Origin: a virus
Taxonomy: Duplodnaviria > Caudoviricetes
DNA length: 64,000 nucleotides
Reading direction: 5' to 3' (one strand)
Virus record (IMG/VR): IMGVR_UViG_3300038679_000051
Span: 256,400 to 320,399 of that record
The notes under the pieces are model-generated. The model was not told the DNA's origin. It did no database searches and saw only the letters and a program-made list of their open reading frames with translations. The first letter of the stretch is position 1. Every line of letters begins with the position of its first letter. Shown one piece after another: positions 1 to 11,175 of the stretch. The position numbers and the translations under genes were made by a program.

Positions 1-1
1 G

Positions 2-1036
2 CATAAGAACGTATCGGATGGCGTGAAGAGAGCATTTGCCTCAGATCCAGATATGAAACAAAAAATGTCTAGTCGATCAAAGAAATTATGGCAGAATGAG
101 GATTATAGAGAGAAGATGGCTGTCGTACAAGCAAATCACCCAGTCATAAGTTCATTGGCACGTAAGTTTTATGCAATGTTGACGCAAATGAATATAAAAT
201 ATGTTGAGGAAGGTCCCGAAACAAAATTTGGTCCATGGACGTTTGATTGTCTAATACCGAAGCAAGGTAATATGCAAAAACATTTATTGGTTGAAGTTCA
301 TGGTGAATATCCACATTCAAGAGAGGATACGAAAATAAGAGATGCAGCAAAGGCGACATATGCGAATAGATATTTGCTTGATTATGAATTAAAAGTCGTG
401 TGGGAGCAATGGTTTCTATTTAGAAATAAAGTAGAGGATATGGTTAGAGAATGGATTGGGATTAAAGAGAATACGACGTTGGTTGATTTCTCACTGAATG
501 ACGTTAAAACTATAGAATCATCTTACAAGGAATGTCTTGATTTTCTTTCTCGACATCATTATCTTTATACTTGTCCACGAGGATCAACATATTATAAGGC
601 AGTCATTAACGATGAGATTGTGGCAGTTTGTTTATATAGTCCATTAATAAGACAAAACATTGGCATTAAAAATTGTCTTGAATTATCGCGTTTCTGCGTC
701 CATCCATCATACCAAAAGAAAAATTTTGCCTCTTGGTTAATTTCGAGGACTAATAGGTTATTGAAGATGGATAAACCGGAGACGGAAACAATAATAACAT
801 ATGCAGATTCTACAGTCGGTCACGTTGGTACGATTTATAAGGCGGCTAATTTTAAATTAGATCATATAGTTGAGCCTGATTATTGGTATGTTGATAAAGA
901 CGGTTATGTCGTACATAAACGGACATTATATGCTCGTGCCTGTAAAATGAGTCAGAAGGAACGTGATTATGCAGAGAACCATGGTTATAAAAAAGTCTGG
1001 GGTGGTGAAAAACGACGTTATTCAATTAATTTGTGA
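2..1036 (+). CDS. Vsr/DUF559-type PD-(D/E)xK endonuclease fused to C-terminal Mom-like GNAT domain (Hef-like homing endonuclease family), 5'-truncated
   Basis: Frame is open from position 2. Motifs FDC..LLVEVHGEYPHS..D..K..VVWE, then FLSRHHY..ELSRFCVHP..NFASWLIS..TYADSTVGHVGTIYKAANF. Paralog of 31457 and 34657. Confidence 0.75.
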   Translation, partial: HKNVSDGVKRAFASDPDMKQKMSSRSKKLWQNEDYREKMAVVQANHPVISSLARKFYAMLTQMNIKYVEEGPETKFGPWTFDCLIPKQGNMQKHLLVEVHGEYPHSREDTKIRDAAKATYANRYLLDYELKVVWEQWFLFRNKVEDMVREWIGIKENTTLVDFSLNDVKTIESSYKECLDFLSRHHYLYTCPRGSTYYKAVINDEIVAVCLYSPLIRQNIGIKNCLELSRFCVHPSYQKKNFASWLISRTNRLLKMDKPETETIITYADSTVGHVGTIYKAANFKLDHIVEPDYWYVDKDGYVVHKRTLYARACKMSQKERDYAENHGYKKVWGGEKRRYSINL

Positions 1037-1329
1037 ATGTATTGCTTATCTACCCGATTATAAAGCTTGAACCATCCAACAATAGAAGACATTTTCGCAT
1101 CATGCCCAAAAAGGAAACGCGTTATTTGATTCAATTCGCGTGCCACGAACCATTCCTGATCGAGTGGCCTTTTAATACTGGTTTTGGCATCCCATGGTAT
1201 ATTTATTGTCACTTCCCATGACCAAGGTTTTCCTTCTGCGTCGTCTGATAATGCACGCAATCCTTCCGACCCTAGTGATCCTTCCGATCCTAGTGATCCA
1301 CGTGATCCGAATTGTTCTTGTTCATTCAT
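1018..1329 (-). CDS. hypothetical protein
   Basis: ATG at 1329 overlaps the stop of the upstream gene (ATGA coupling); short GSLGSE repeat. Confidence 0.55.
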   Translation of the reverse strand: MNEQEQFGSRGSLGSEGSLGSEGLRALSDDAEGKPWSWEVTINIPWDAKTSIKRPLDQEWFVARELNQITRFLFGHDAKMSSIVGWFKLYNRVDKQYIHKLIE

Positions 1330-2030
1330 TCCTTTGATTCTTTGATCCATTTTTCTAATTCATTACACACCATGCTTACACCACCTGAACATTCGTGTAC
1401 TTTGCTGTTACGGTTTTTGGCTATGTTTTTTATGGCATTATAAGTCGAATGATCAATGAAACTAGTGAGAATGAATATTTCGCCCCATGGAAACGGTGAT
1501 GGTATGCCACTTTTATTACCTGAATCATAAAATTTCAGATCGATGTCTGGAAATCGTTGTTTGATTTCGTTTTCTTGATTGTTTTTGACGCCGAAGATGA
1601 TTGCTTTCAGCCTCTTCGTGGCGTATGCTTCTGGGATTTTTTCGCCTAATTTCCCTGCGGCATTAAACATCATTCTAGTGCAGGCTGTCATCATGTCGAT
1701 GTTAGTCATTAAACGGCGGACGAATGCGACGGCCAGTTGTTCTATAGTCATTTCTGCTAATAAATCATCTGTGGTCTTTTGTGGCGGCAATTCTTGTTTT
1801 ATGACGCGGAAACCGTCTTCTAATTCTTTGACATGTTCCTGCCAGCGCTCGACCAACCAACCGATTTGCGAGACGGCAGTTACCTTGCGACGACGGTCTG
1901 CCGGTATTTGTTGTTGTGCGCGTTCGAGCTGTGAATTTAACGTTTCATGTGGATTCTTTTTGTGCATGTTAATGACGATAGATGCGAGTTTGTCTTTTTC
2001 TTCGTCTGACCAAAAGATGCGATCTTTCAT
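1326..2030 (-). CDS. protein with N-terminal HTH-like region and C-terminal DUF2325-like domain
   Basis: C-terminal IFILTSFIDHSTYNAIKNIAK..VHECSGGVSMV resembles DUF2325; WSDEEKDKL is Myb/HTH-like. Confidence 0.55.
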   Translation of the reverse strand: MKDRIFWSDEEKDKLASIVINMHKKNPHETLNSQLERAQQQIPADRRRKVTAVSQIGWLVERWQEHVKELEDGFRVIKQELPPQKTTDDLLAEMTIEQLAVAFVRRLMTNIDMMTACTRMMFNAAGKLGEKIPEAYATKRLKAIIFGVKNNQENEIKQRFPDIDLKFYDSGNKSGIPSPFPWGEIFILTSFIDHSTYNAIKNIAKNRNSKVHECSGGVSMVCNELEKWIKESKE

Positions 2031-2113
2031 TTTTCACCCCTCTTCTCACGGTTTCTGCTGCATTTTTATTGTGGTGGATTCTTTCGTAAATGATTTTGTG
2101 ATGACATTCTCTG

Positions 2114-2120
2114 TAAATAT
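2114..2120 (+). promoter_or_regulatory. putative late promoter (TAAATAT)
   Basis: T4-late-like core 20 nt upstream of the tail tube ATG, followed by a GGAG RBS. Confidence 0.55.
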
Positions 2121-2139
2121 AATTTTGGAGAAAACAAAC

Positions 2140-2655
2140 ATGCCGGGTTTTATGATAGAAGGTAAAGGTCAAGGTCCATCAAATGAATTGGGTGGATCAG
2201 ACGTCCATCGCATCCATAGGTGGTCGTTCGAATGGACGGGTCTTGGTAAAGAGGTTCAGGATTATGCTCTAAATTGCACTAGGCCGACGTTAGATATAGA
2301 CACAGTGACGATCCATCAACGACAAAATGAGGCATATTTGCCTGGTAAACATAGATGGGCACCAATTAGGTTGACGTTATATGTGATGCAGAAGGATACG
2401 CTACAGAAATTGAAGCAATTGCGTGACAAAACAGTTACTACAAATGAAGGAATGAATAATTATGCAATGGAGAGAAATTCCGTATCACAAATGACTTTGC
2501 AGGCATTAAATGGTGAAGGACAGGTTATATATAAATGGATACTCGAAGGATGTTGGATATCTAAAATTGAACATCCTACGTTTAATTATGATAACAGTGA
2601 TCTGGCGACCGTCGAAGTGATGGTGGCATATGATTACGCAAAGGAAGAAGAATAG
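2140..2655 (+). CDS. T4 gp19-like tail tube protein
   Basis: True start 2140 (GGAG RBS). RWSFE..CTRPTL..YLPGKHRWAPIRLT..WILEGCWIS..YDNSDLATVEVMVAYDYA is a tail tube pattern. Confidence 0.85.
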   Translation: MPGFMIEGKGQGPSNELGGSDVHRIHRWSFEWTGLGKEVQDYALNCTRPTLDIDTVTIHQRQNEAYLPGKHRWAPIRLTLYVMQKDTLQKLKQLRDKTVTTNEGMNNYAMERNSVSQMTLQALNGEGQVIYKWILEGCWISKIEHPTFNYDNSDLATVEVMVAYDYAKEEE

Positions 2656-2667
2656 GGGGACTTAGGG

Positions 2668-3150
2668 ATGCCAGGATTTTATGTTGAAAAGGCGAGAAGT
2701 GATGTAGAGAAAACGTTCCTGCAGCATTTCTGGTACGCGGAACAAATTGGTCCATTGAACGTCCAAGGATTGTTGCTACAAGATGTCGGTTTGCCCAACT
2801 TTGAAACTGCGCCACATGAACAGAATGGTGCATCATTAACGTATAAGTTCGCAAATTTCATTAAATATTCTGACGCTACCATTACGTTCTATGATACGTT
2901 GGGCTTGTTCAAAGATTTAGAAGAATGGCGGAAGAAAATATGGGAACCAAACACCGGATTGCAGCCAAAGAAATCTTATGCTAAGGATACCGTCATAGTG
3001 CAAACTGATGGGGCTGGCAACGAAAAACAGAAATACAAATTAGTCAATACATGGCCGTCTAAAATAGATTCTGGACAACTTACATACACCAAAAGTGAGG
3101 CAAAGGTAGTAACTCTCACTCTGGTGTGTGATTATATGACGGTCGAATGA
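2668..3150 (+). CDS. second gp19-like tail tube family protein
   Basis: VGLPNF..KYSDATITFYD..EWRKKI..Y.KD..L.NTWPSKI..LTY..VTLTL.CDY. Confidence 0.8.
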   Translation: MPGFYVEKARSDVEKTFLQHFWYAEQIGPLNVQGLLLQDVGLPNFETAPHEQNGASLTYKFANFIKYSDATITFYDTLGLFKDLEEWRKKIWEPNTGLQPKKSYAKDTVIVQTDGAGNEKQKYKLVNTWPSKIDSGQLTYTKSEAKVVTLTLVCDYMTVE

Positions 3151-3162
3151 TAATTTCATAAG

Positions 3163-3169
3163 TAAATAT
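3163..3169 (+). promoter_or_regulatory. putative late promoter (TAAATAT)
   Basis: Same motif, upstream of the AAGGAG RBS of 3190. Confidence 0.55.
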
Positions 3170-3189
3170 TATCAAAGGAGATCGATCAC

Positions 3190-4182
3190 ATGACCGACAA
3201 AAAAGAAGATAACGTGGCTGACAAGAAGGATAACGTCCATAATGCCGAATCATTTGAATTTGATAAGGTCATTAAGAAAGTAGACGCTACTAATTTAACG
3301 TCCGACAAGTTATTCGAAGAAATATTGAAGTCGGATGATACGTTGCCATGGTGCAATGCTTATCTCCCGTCTCGTGGAATGTTCTATAGTCCAGATAGTC
3401 CTGTGCCGACACCACTCATTCCGGATGGTTTAGTACAAATTCGTCCGATGGGTTTGGATATTGAAAAATTGACGTCGACGCCGAGATATCAGGGTAAATT
3501 CGTAGAATTAATGATCGAAAAATGTGTCAGGTTTCCAGACGGTTTTAACCAAGCTGATTTGTTGGTCGGTGATCGTCTGTTTTTGTTATTCTACATTCGT
3601 GGCATAACCTATGGCAATAAATATCAGTTTGCGCTCAAATGTCCCGGTTGCGACAAAACTGGCATACATGATTATGATTTAAATGAATTGGCAAGAACGA
3701 TTAAGTCGGCAGATCCCGACATCGTTAGTGAACCATTTAAAATCAAATTGCCATATTTGTCTGAGAAATATGGTAAAGACGTTATGGTGAAGGCTAGATT
3801 CATGCGTGGTCGCGATCAGAACGTCATGTCGCAACGAGCATCCTTCAAAAAGAAGGTAATGACGATTAAACCAAAATTGGCGTCAGACAAACCAAATGAC
3901 GAGCAAGTTGACGTGACTGATGAGAGCGTCATTGAAAAGTTCTGTTTGTTGATTACGGAAGTGTTGGGCGTTTCTGATCCATATAAGATCAAGCAATTCG
4001 TAGAGAGCAAACTTCATTCATTAGACGCAGCGGCAATTAACGTTTATCTTGAGGAAAAATGCCCCAGCATGAGTGCGGAAATTCGCGTGACGTGTGGCAA
4101 TTGTGGTCAGGAAGTTGATACTACGCTGCCAATAACCGCTAGATTTTTTCGACCGCAGGTCCCCGGAGGAGATGGAGCATGA
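3190..4182 (+). CDS. T4 gp26-like baseplate hub / tail assembly protein
   Basis: LLVGDRLFLLFYIRGITYG..CPGC..CGNCG..LPITARFFRP pattern, adjacent to the tail tubes. Confidence 0.75.
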   Translation: MTDKKEDNVADKKDNVHNAESFEFDKVIKKVDATNLTSDKLFEEILKSDDTLPWCNAYLPSRGMFYSPDSPVPTPLIPDGLVQIRPMGLDIEKLTSTPRYQGKFVELMIEKCVRFPDGFNQADLLVGDRLFLLFYIRGITYGNKYQFALKCPGCDKTGIHDYDLNELARTIKSADPDIVSEPFKIKLPYLSEKYGKDVMVKARFMRGRDQNVMSQRASFKKKVMTIKPKLASDKPNDEQVDVTDESVIEKFCLLITEVLGVSDPYKIKQFVESKLHSLDAAAINVYLEEKCPSMSAEIRVTCGNCGQEVDTTLPITARFFRPQVPGGDGA

Positions 4183-4345
4183 GTGGGAAAGTCTAATGGA
4201 GCAGACGTTTCTGCTCATATATTATGGACATATGAATTTATCTGATATAAGGAAATTGACGGCTGAAGAACGCATATGGTATATCAAAAGAATAGACAAG
4301 GAGAAACAAGCCGAAGCTAATGCATATAAAGGAAACAAAAAATGA
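4172..4345 (+). CDS. small gp51-like baseplate hub assembly protein (57 aa; not in the ORF track)
   Basis: MEHEWESLMEQTFLLIYYGHMNLSDIRKLTAEERIWYIKRI..; typical partner downstream of gp26-like genes; ATGA overlap with the next gene. Confidence 0.7.
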   Translation: MEHEWESLMEQTFLLIYYGHMNLSDIRKLTAEERIWYIKRIDKEKQAEANAYKGNKK

Positions 4346-5445
4346 GGATAGGCGTTTATGCTATATGTAAGAACGAAGCGTCATTGATTAAAAGGTGTGT
4401 AGACTCAATAAATGAGGCAGATGACATTACGTTTCTAGATACTGGATCAACCGACGACACAAAAGAGAAATTAAAAGAATGTGGTGTGAACGTTTATGAT
4501 GAATTGGCGACGTTTGGAGAACAACCACCTAATCGGATTCCGAGCATTAAATGGCGATATGACGTCGCTCGAAACAGAGCACTACAAATGGTCCCCAAAG
4601 ACATTGACGTGTGTCTAAGCTTAGATGTCGACGAGATATGTGCCCCTGGTTGGCGTAAGGCAATAGAGGAATGTTGGAAACCAGGCACCACCAGGCTTAG
4701 ATATAAATATGTGTGGAGCCATTCGCAGGATGGCTCCCCAGATGTAATGTTTATGTCAGAGAAAATCCATTCCAGATATGATTATGTTTGGTGCCATCCG
4801 GTACATGAGGTGCTACATTATGTTGGACCCGCAGAAGAGAAATTTGCACAATGTGCATGTCGGATCGATCATTGGCCGGTTAAGAAAGATTATAGATCTA
4901 ACTATCTGCCATTAATGGAATTGGGTGTCATGGAACGTCCAGATGACGTCAGATTGGCACATTATTTAGGTAGAGAATATTATTTTCATAAGAAATATGA
5001 TGAGGCAATAATTGAATTAAAGCGGCATTTATCATTACCTAATGCATGGTGGGAGGCAGAACGAGCATCATCGATGAGATACATTGCTCTGTGTCACAAA
5101 GCTAGAAACGAACGGCACGAGGAATGTCGATGGTTGATGAGAGCATGCGCAGAAGCACCAAATGAAAGAGATTCATGGGCTGCATTGTCAAATCATTATA
5201 CTATACACAAAAATTGGTCTGGGGGTTATTTCGCCGCTCTTCAGGCATTAAGCATCAAAGAACGTCCAATGCATTACATAACCAGTGCTCTCGTGTGGGG
5301 GATGTTTGTACATGACTTGGCTGGGACTAATGCTTATTATTTGGATCTAAAAGCGGAATCCAAAAAACATTATGAAGATGCATTAAATTTCGATCCAAAC
5401 AACGAACGACTGAAGAATAATCTGAGAATAATCGGCAAAATATAA
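4342..5445 (+). CDS. glycosyltransferase family 2 with TPR repeats
   Basis: YAICKNE..LDTGSTD..ARNRAL..SLDVDE (DxD)..HPVHE, followed by TPR-like helices. Confidence 0.85.
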   Translation: MRIGVYAICKNEASLIKRCVDSINEADDITFLDTGSTDDTKEKLKECGVNVYDELATFGEQPPNRIPSIKWRYDVARNRALQMVPKDIDVCLSLDVDEICAPGWRKAIEECWKPGTTRLRYKYVWSHSQDGSPDVMFMSEKIHSRYDYVWCHPVHEVLHYVGPAEEKFAQCACRIDHWPVKKDYRSNYLPLMELGVMERPDDVRLAHYLGREYYFHKKYDEAIIELKRHLSLPNAWWEAERASSMRYIALCHKARNERHEECRWLMRACAEAPNERDSWAALSNHYTIHKNWSGGYFAALQALSIKERPMHYITSALVWGMFVHDLAGTNAYYLDLKAESKKHYEDALNFDPNNERLKNNLRIIGKI

Positions 5446-5483
5446 AATATAGCGGAGATTTTCTTTGCTAATGAGGACATGTC

Positions 5484-7814
5484 ATGGCCATTAAATTCTA
5501 TTGTGTAGATGATTCATTACCAAAGAGAAATAGAAGGGGCAATGTCGTATTATTGTCTGACGAGGCAGTGGCTGCGATCATATGTGAATTGTGTGGTGGC
5601 ACTGGTGGCGGTGGCGGGTCGCAGGGACCACAGGGAACGCAGGGCATTAATGGCGTACAAGGTGAAACTGGCTCCCAAGGTCCACAGGGTTCCGGTGCTG
5701 GTTCACAAGGTCCACAGGGCATTCAAGGCCCACAAGGTTTTGGTACACAGGGCGTAAGCGGACCACAAGGTGATCAGGGCATCCAAGGCCCACAAGGTTC
5801 TGGCACACAGGGCGTAAGCGGATCACAAGGCGATGATGGTGCTCAGGGCATTCAGGGTCCACAAGGCTCAGGCGAGGGTGGCACAGGACCACAGGGTCCA
5901 CAAGGCGTTCAAGGCCCACAAGCAGTGGCAAGCGCTGGTGATTCTTGTGGCGTTTATCATTCTAAATCAGTGAACATACCAAACAATGCAGTTACGTATG
6001 TTGACTGGGATTCAGAAGACCATGATGCCAATGACATGCATGATTTGGTCAATCCATCTAGGATAACAATTAAGCATGATGGGTTGTATCATATAATCAA
6101 TAGGATCAAGTTTGATGCAGATGCTAATGGTTTTAGATATGCTGAGATTATATTAAATCGTACGACCGTATTAGCTCGTACAGAAGATATAAATCCATCG
6201 GACATAGAAGGCACTTATTTAGAAGTGGATTCTGGCGTCATATCATTGTCGCTAGATGATTATGTTGAAGTCAGGGTTTATCAAAGTTCTGGCGGTGCAT
6301 TGGGTGTTATGAGTGGCAATGTCGTTGATGGTTATTTCTCGGTGACGGAAATGTTGGGTGTTGGACCACAAGGATCGCAGGGTAGTGGTACTCAAGGCCC
6401 GCAGGGCGTTCAGGGTCCGCAGGGCGTTCAGGGTCCGCAGGGCGTTCAGGGTCCACAAAATACGATAGATCCAGGCGATTCTTGTGGCGTTTATCGTTCA
6501 GCATTAATAAGCACATTGCATAATACGATCACATATGTTGATTGGGATTCAGAAGATCATGATACCAATGACATGCATGATTTGGTCAATCCATCTAGGA
6601 TCACAATTAAACGTGATGGATTATATCACATAACTAATAGAATTAAATTCGCACCAAACACGAATGGTTTTAGATATGCTGAGATTATATTAAATCGTAC
6701 GACCGTATTAGCTCGCACGGAAGACATAAATCCATCGGACATAGAAGATTCTTATTTAGAAGTTGATTCTGGCGTCATATCATTGTCGCTAGATGATTAT
6801 GTTGAAGTCAGGATTTATCAAAGTTCTGGCGGTGCATTGGATGCCGCAGGGAGTAATGTCGTTGATGGTTATTTCTCGGTGACGGAAATGTTGGGTGTCG
6901 GACCACAAGGCCCACAGTGTTCAGGTGGTGGTGTGACTGGTCCACAAGGACCACAGGGTCCAGCCGGTGTCCAATCCACATACACAAATGCCAACCCATC
7001 CGTCATTGAGGTTGGTGGGATTGATGTCGGTACGACATTTTCTAACACCACTTTCGAAGATTTTATGGACATGTTACTTTACCCAGAATTATTCCCTACT
7101 CTAACTGCACCATCTTCTACTTTTACTTCAACAATTACTGGTTATAGAGAAATTGGTGAGGTGATTGCGACCATAACGCTTGCTTCAACATTTAACCGTG
7201 GTAGCATCAATCCCCAATATGAAAGCACTAGTCCCTATCGGAGTGGTGAGGCTAATTCTCATCAGTATCAATATAATAGTGCTGATATCAAAACCAATTT
7301 AGATACGTCTTTGAACATTATTAATCATTTGGTTGTGTCGGGTGCTCAAACATGGCGTGGACGTGTGTCGTATGATGCGGGCGTCCAGCCAAAGGGCAGT
7401 AAGGGGACGAATTATAATTCACCATTAAGTGCAGGTTCGACTTCTTATATAAATCGCATTATCACGGGTGTCTATCCCTATTTTGCGACAACTAGTTTAA
7501 TCACTGTGCTAACGAAACAGACATTGGCTGCCATGAATAGTTCATATGTACAGACTGATATGGTTGCTGAATCTGGTTCAGATAAACAGACGGTTGAATT
7601 TCCGGACGCTTGGAGTGCAATAACTGGCATTCAATTTTATAATACTGTTAGTAGTACCTGGGAATGGATCAATGGTAGTAAAGCTAATAGTCTGATTACT
7701 TTTACAGTAACTGCAACCACTGAGACGATACAGGGCAATGTCATCGACTATCAAAAATTTACTCATAATGGTAGTTTGATTGGTGCTCGACAATTGAGAT
7801 GGTACACTACTTAA
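5484..7814 (+). CDS. collagen-like fibre protein with two C1q/TNF-like beta domains
   Basis: GPQ/GSQ/GTQ triplets; duplicated ~140 aa domain (about 5940-6362 and 6477-6899). Confidence 0.8.
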   Translation: MAIKFYCVDDSLPKRNRRGNVVLLSDEAVAAIICELCGGTGGGGGSQGPQGTQGINGVQGETGSQGPQGSGAGSQGPQGIQGPQGFGTQGVSGPQGDQGIQGPQGSGTQGVSGSQGDDGAQGIQGPQGSGEGGTGPQGPQGVQGPQAVASAGDSCGVYHSKSVNIPNNAVTYVDWDSEDHDANDMHDLVNPSRITIKHDGLYHIINRIKFDADANGFRYAEIILNRTTVLARTEDINPSDIEGTYLEVDSGVISLSLDDYVEVRVYQSSGGALGVMSGNVVDGYFSVTEMLGVGPQGSQGSGTQGPQGVQGPQGVQGPQGVQGPQNTIDPGDSCGVYRSALISTLHNTITYVDWDSEDHDTNDMHDLVNPSRITIKRDGLYHITNRIKFAPNTNGFRYAEIILNRTTVLARTEDINPSDIEDSYLEVDSGVISLSLDDYVEVRIYQSSGGALDAAGSNVVDGYFSVTEMLGVGPQGPQCSGGGVTGPQGPQGPAGVQSTYTNANPSVIEVGGIDVGTTFSNTTFEDFMDMLLYPELFPTLTAPSSTFTSTITGYREIGEVIATITLASTFNRGSINPQYESTSPYRSGEANSHQYQYNSADIKTNLDTSLNIINHLVVSGAQTWRGRVSYDAGVQPKGSKGTNYNSPLSAGSTSYINRIITGVYPYFATTSLITVLTKQTLAAMNSSYVQTDMVAESGSDKQTVEFPDAWSAITGIQFYNTVSSTWEWINGSKANSLITFTVTATTETIQGNVIDYQKFTHNGSLIGARQLRWYTT

Positions 7815-7824
7815 GGGACTATAA

Positions 7825-10422
7825 ATGGGTCGAGAAAAGGGACTTGCAAGTTTTTCTTCTAATTTCGAGGGCCAAATGGCCGCTCCGATTGATGCGCGTA
7901 TGTTAGTAGAGACTAAGGCTGATCTTATTGTGGCTGCTACTTGGCTCGCGAATGATGGTGGTACTTATGCTTATGCTGGTATGATTGTAAGTGTGCATGG
8001 CGATACAACACCCGAAAACAATGGAGTGTATAGATTAAAAGCTCTTCCAGTTACTACTGAATCTAATTGGGAACTTCTGGGTGGGGGCAGTAGCGGTCCA
8101 CAGGGTCCACAAGGCATACAGGGGCCGCAAGGCTCAGGATATGGCAGTAGCGGTCCACAGGGTCCACAAGGCATACAGGGGCCGCAAGGCTCAGGATATG
8201 GCAGTAGCGGTCCACAGGGTCCACAAGGTGCTACTGGTGACCAAGGCGTTGCTGGTAGTCAGGGTAGTGTAGGTCCACAGGGTGGTGATGGCAGTCAGGG
8301 TTCAATTGGTGATCAAGGTGTTGCTGGTGCTCAAGGTCCACAGGGCGAAATAGGTTTTGCGGTAGGGAATTTGGCTTATTTTAGATTCGACAATGAAGTT
8401 ACCGATACTGGTATGGCTAGTGAAGGTGGGGCGTTTCGTTTTAATAATGCAAACACAACCCTTGTAACCAAAATATGGATCAATAATACAGATGCCTTCA
8501 CGACTGACGTTTCTGCGTGGTTGGCAACATGGGCTGAATCCACAAGCACAATCAAAGGTTATGTGAACATTAGAGGGAGTGCTTCCAATTTCTATATTTA
8601 TTCTGTGACTGGTGTTACCACCAAGGTGGGGTATTATGAGATTGACGTAATCCATATTGCCGATCAGGGCGGTGGACCACCAGTTGATGGTGTAGAATAT
8701 CCCATATCTTTTAGCAGAACCGGGGACATAGGCATCCAAGGTGCTACTGGTCCTCAAGGTCCTGTAGGTGTTCAAGGTACTGCTGGTGCCCAAGGCGTTG
8801 TTGGTGCCCAGGGTGCTACTGGTGCACAAGGTCCTGTAGGCAGCCAAGGTGCTGCTGGTGCCCAAGGCGTTGCTGGTGCCCAGGGTGCTACTGGTGCACA
8901 AGGTAGCACTGGCATAGATGGTACTACTGGTCCCCAAGGTCCTGTAGGCAGCCAAGGTAGTACTGGTAGTCAGGGTGTTGCGGGTGCACAGGGCGTTGCT
9001 GGTGCTCAGGGCGTTGCTGGTGTTCAAGGTACTGCTGGTGCACAGGGTAGCACTGGCATAGATGGTACTACTGGTCCCCAAGGTCCTGTAGGCAGCCAAG
9101 GTGCTGCTGGTGCCCAAGGCGTTGCTGGTGCTCAAGGTTCTACTGGTGCCCAAGGTGTTTCCGGTGCTCAGGGTATAAATGGTGTCACTGGCCCACAAGG
9201 TCCACAGGGCGATCAAGGCCCGCAAAACGTTATTGGTGCTACTGGCCCACAAGGACCACAAGGCACTGGCACGCAGGGTCCACAAGGTGATGATGGTGCC
9301 CAAGGATCACAAGGCATAAATGGTGTTACTGGTCCACAAGGTCCACAAGGTGAGAAGGGTGATCCCGCTGGAACACCTGATTCATGTAAAACAATATTAG
9401 AATCCGATTATCCATTAGCGAATGATGATGCAATTGCAATACCGTTTACTGACGAGGATCATGATACCGATTCGATGCATAGCAATATTGTCAATCCAAG
9501 TAGGATTACCATCAAAACGTCTGGTTATTACCATGTTCGTGGTGTACTTAAATTTGCGACGAATGCAATTGGCATACGATATGCTTATATCAGTAAAGAT
9601 GGAATTAAATTGGCAGATGAAGTCAGAGATCTGAGTCCGTCTGGTTCTTATGTTTCTTATGTAGAGGTCGACCTAGGCGTAATTTCTCTTTCGACCAATG
9701 AATATATCCAGATACATGGTTATCAAAACAGTGGCGATCCCTTAGGTGTTTTGATGGATGGTAGTTTTCTGTCTGTAACGAGTGCATCTGGTGCTAATGG
9801 TGATCAGGGACCAACTGGTCCGATAGGACCACAAGGTGTCATTGGTAGTCAAGGCGATGATGGTACACAGGGACCACAAGGCACTGGTACGCAGGGTCCA
9901 CAGGGCGATCAAGGCCCGCAAAACGTTATTGGTGCTACTGGCCCACAAGGACCACAAGGCACTGGTACGCAGGGTCCACAGGGTGATCAAGGCCCACAAA
10001 ATGTTATCGGTCCGCAAGGTTCACAGGGTCCACAGGGTGATCAGGGCATTGGTGCTACTGGCCCACAGGGACCGCAGGGTCCGATTTGTGCATCAGTACA
10101 AGCACAATCGACCACACCATTAAATCTTACGGCCGCCGATAGTGGCAAAATAATTACAAATGAAGGCATGACTGAATTATTAGTAGTAAATCTACCTACA
10201 GCGGAGGCAGATTTAATGTTCACATTCATAGTACAAGATTCAGACGGAATAAAGATAGTGGCCGGCGTAGACGATAGTACAAGGCTTGGTACAACCGTCA
10301 GTAAATTAGCCGGATATATTCAGAACGCTGTGATTGGATCAATAGTCCGATTGGTGTGTATAAATAATACTGAATGGTTCGCCGAGTATTGGGTAGGTAC
10401 TTGGATAGTGGAGATTTCATAA
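7825..10422 (+). CDS. collagen-like tail fibre protein
   Basis: Long GAQ/GAT/GPQ runs; one C1q-like domain (about 9379-9800). Confidence 0.8.
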   Translation: MGREKGLASFSSNFEGQMAAPIDARMLVETKADLIVAATWLANDGGTYAYAGMIVSVHGDTTPENNGVYRLKALPVTTESNWELLGGGSSGPQGPQGIQGPQGSGYGSSGPQGPQGIQGPQGSGYGSSGPQGPQGATGDQGVAGSQGSVGPQGGDGSQGSIGDQGVAGAQGPQGEIGFAVGNLAYFRFDNEVTDTGMASEGGAFRFNNANTTLVTKIWINNTDAFTTDVSAWLATWAESTSTIKGYVNIRGSASNFYIYSVTGVTTKVGYYEIDVIHIADQGGGPPVDGVEYPISFSRTGDIGIQGATGPQGPVGVQGTAGAQGVVGAQGATGAQGPVGSQGAAGAQGVAGAQGATGAQGSTGIDGTTGPQGPVGSQGSTGSQGVAGAQGVAGAQGVAGVQGTAGAQGSTGIDGTTGPQGPVGSQGAAGAQGVAGAQGSTGAQGVSGAQGINGVTGPQGPQGDQGPQNVIGATGPQGPQGTGTQGPQGDDGAQGSQGINGVTGPQGPQGEKGDPAGTPDSCKTILESDYPLANDDAIAIPFTDEDHDTDSMHSNIVNPSRITIKTSGYYHVRGVLKFATNAIGIRYAYISKDGIKLADEVRDLSPSGSYVSYVEVDLGVISLSTNEYIQIHGYQNSGDPLGVLMDGSFLSVTSASGANGDQGPTGPIGPQGVIGSQGDDGTQGPQGTGTQGPQGDQGPQNVIGATGPQGPQGTGTQGPQGDQGPQNVIGPQGSQGPQGDQGIGATGPQGPQGPICASVQAQSTTPLNLTAADSGKIITNEGMTELLVVNLPTAEADLMFTFIVQDSDGIKIVAGVDDSTRLGTTVSKLAGYIQNAVIGSIVRLVCINNTEWFAEYWVGTWIVEIS

Positions 10423-11159
10423 TGGCTACAGTTGGCTCTCCCGGCATCGGTGTAATTCTTCCGGGGATGGTTATATCATTCGCTGGTGCATCTGTACCAG
10501 AGGGGTGGTTGGATTGTGATGCTACCGCCGTCAGTCGAACCACATATGGTAATCTATTCGCAGCCGTTGGTACTGCTTATGGTGGCGGTGACGGTGGCAC
10601 AACTTTTAATCTTCCTGATTTTCGTGGTCGTTCTATTTTAGGCGAGGGTACTGGTTCCGGTCTCACTGCGAGGGCAAGGGGCGATAAGGCTGGCGTCCAA
10701 TCAGTTTCCATAAGCGCAAATAATTTGCCGCAGCATACGCACGCGGGTGGCGGAAATGTGGGAGCCGAATCCAGCCATGCGCATGGGGCCGGAACCTATG
10801 CAATATCAACGAACAGCAATGCGCACACCCATTCGGGATCGACTGACTGGCAATCTCACGACCACACCCATTACTACTATAATCAATGGTCTGGAAGTGG
10901 TGCGAGTGGTAATAGTTGGGGTGGCTCTTATATAGGCCAAACGAACACGACATCCGGCGTGACGTCAAATCATTATCATCCATTCACAACGGGCAACAAC
11001 TCTTCTGGTGCGAACCACGATCACACGCTGAGCGGTTCGACTGCTGCTGGATCATCTCATGCGCATTCAGACCCGACAACGGGCAACAATACCACCACGG
11101 CCTCGAATGTGGATACGATAAGTCCGTTTGGCGTAGCCAAATACATCATCAAAACGTAA
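10422..11159 (+). CDS. tail collar domain fibre with His-x-His repeats
   Basis: Start at 10422 (TAATG coupling). PGMVISFAG..P.GWL.CD..VSRTTY.NLFAA.GT.YG.GDG.TTFNLPDFRGR collar motif. Confidence 0.85.
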   Translation: MATVGSPGIGVILPGMVISFAGASVPEGWLDCDATAVSRTTYGNLFAAVGTAYGGGDGGTTFNLPDFRGRSILGEGTGSGLTARARGDKAGVQSVSISANNLPQHTHAGGGNVGAESSHAHGAGTYAISTNSNAHTHSGSTDWQSHDHTHYYYNQWSGSGASGNSWGGSYIGQTNTTSGVTSNHYHPFTTGNNSSGANHDHTLSGSTAAGSSHAHSDPTTGNNTTTASNVDTISPFGVAKYIIKT

Positions 11160-11175
11160 TGATCAGGAGCATGAA

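Noticed and set aside
1033-1221. 62-aa plus-strand ORF after the first gene
   Set aside because: Fully antisense to the better-supported coupled gene 1018-1329.
1579-2139. Long N-terminal extension of the tail tube ORF
   Set aside because: Antisense to 1326-2030; the RBS and promoter motif point to ATG 2140.
5498-10229. Many antisense or alternate-frame ORFs rich in PCGP, VHRV and TLWT
   Set aside because: By-products of Gly-X-Y codon periodicity; the same applies at 45104-45679, 47254-48840 and 50669-51441.
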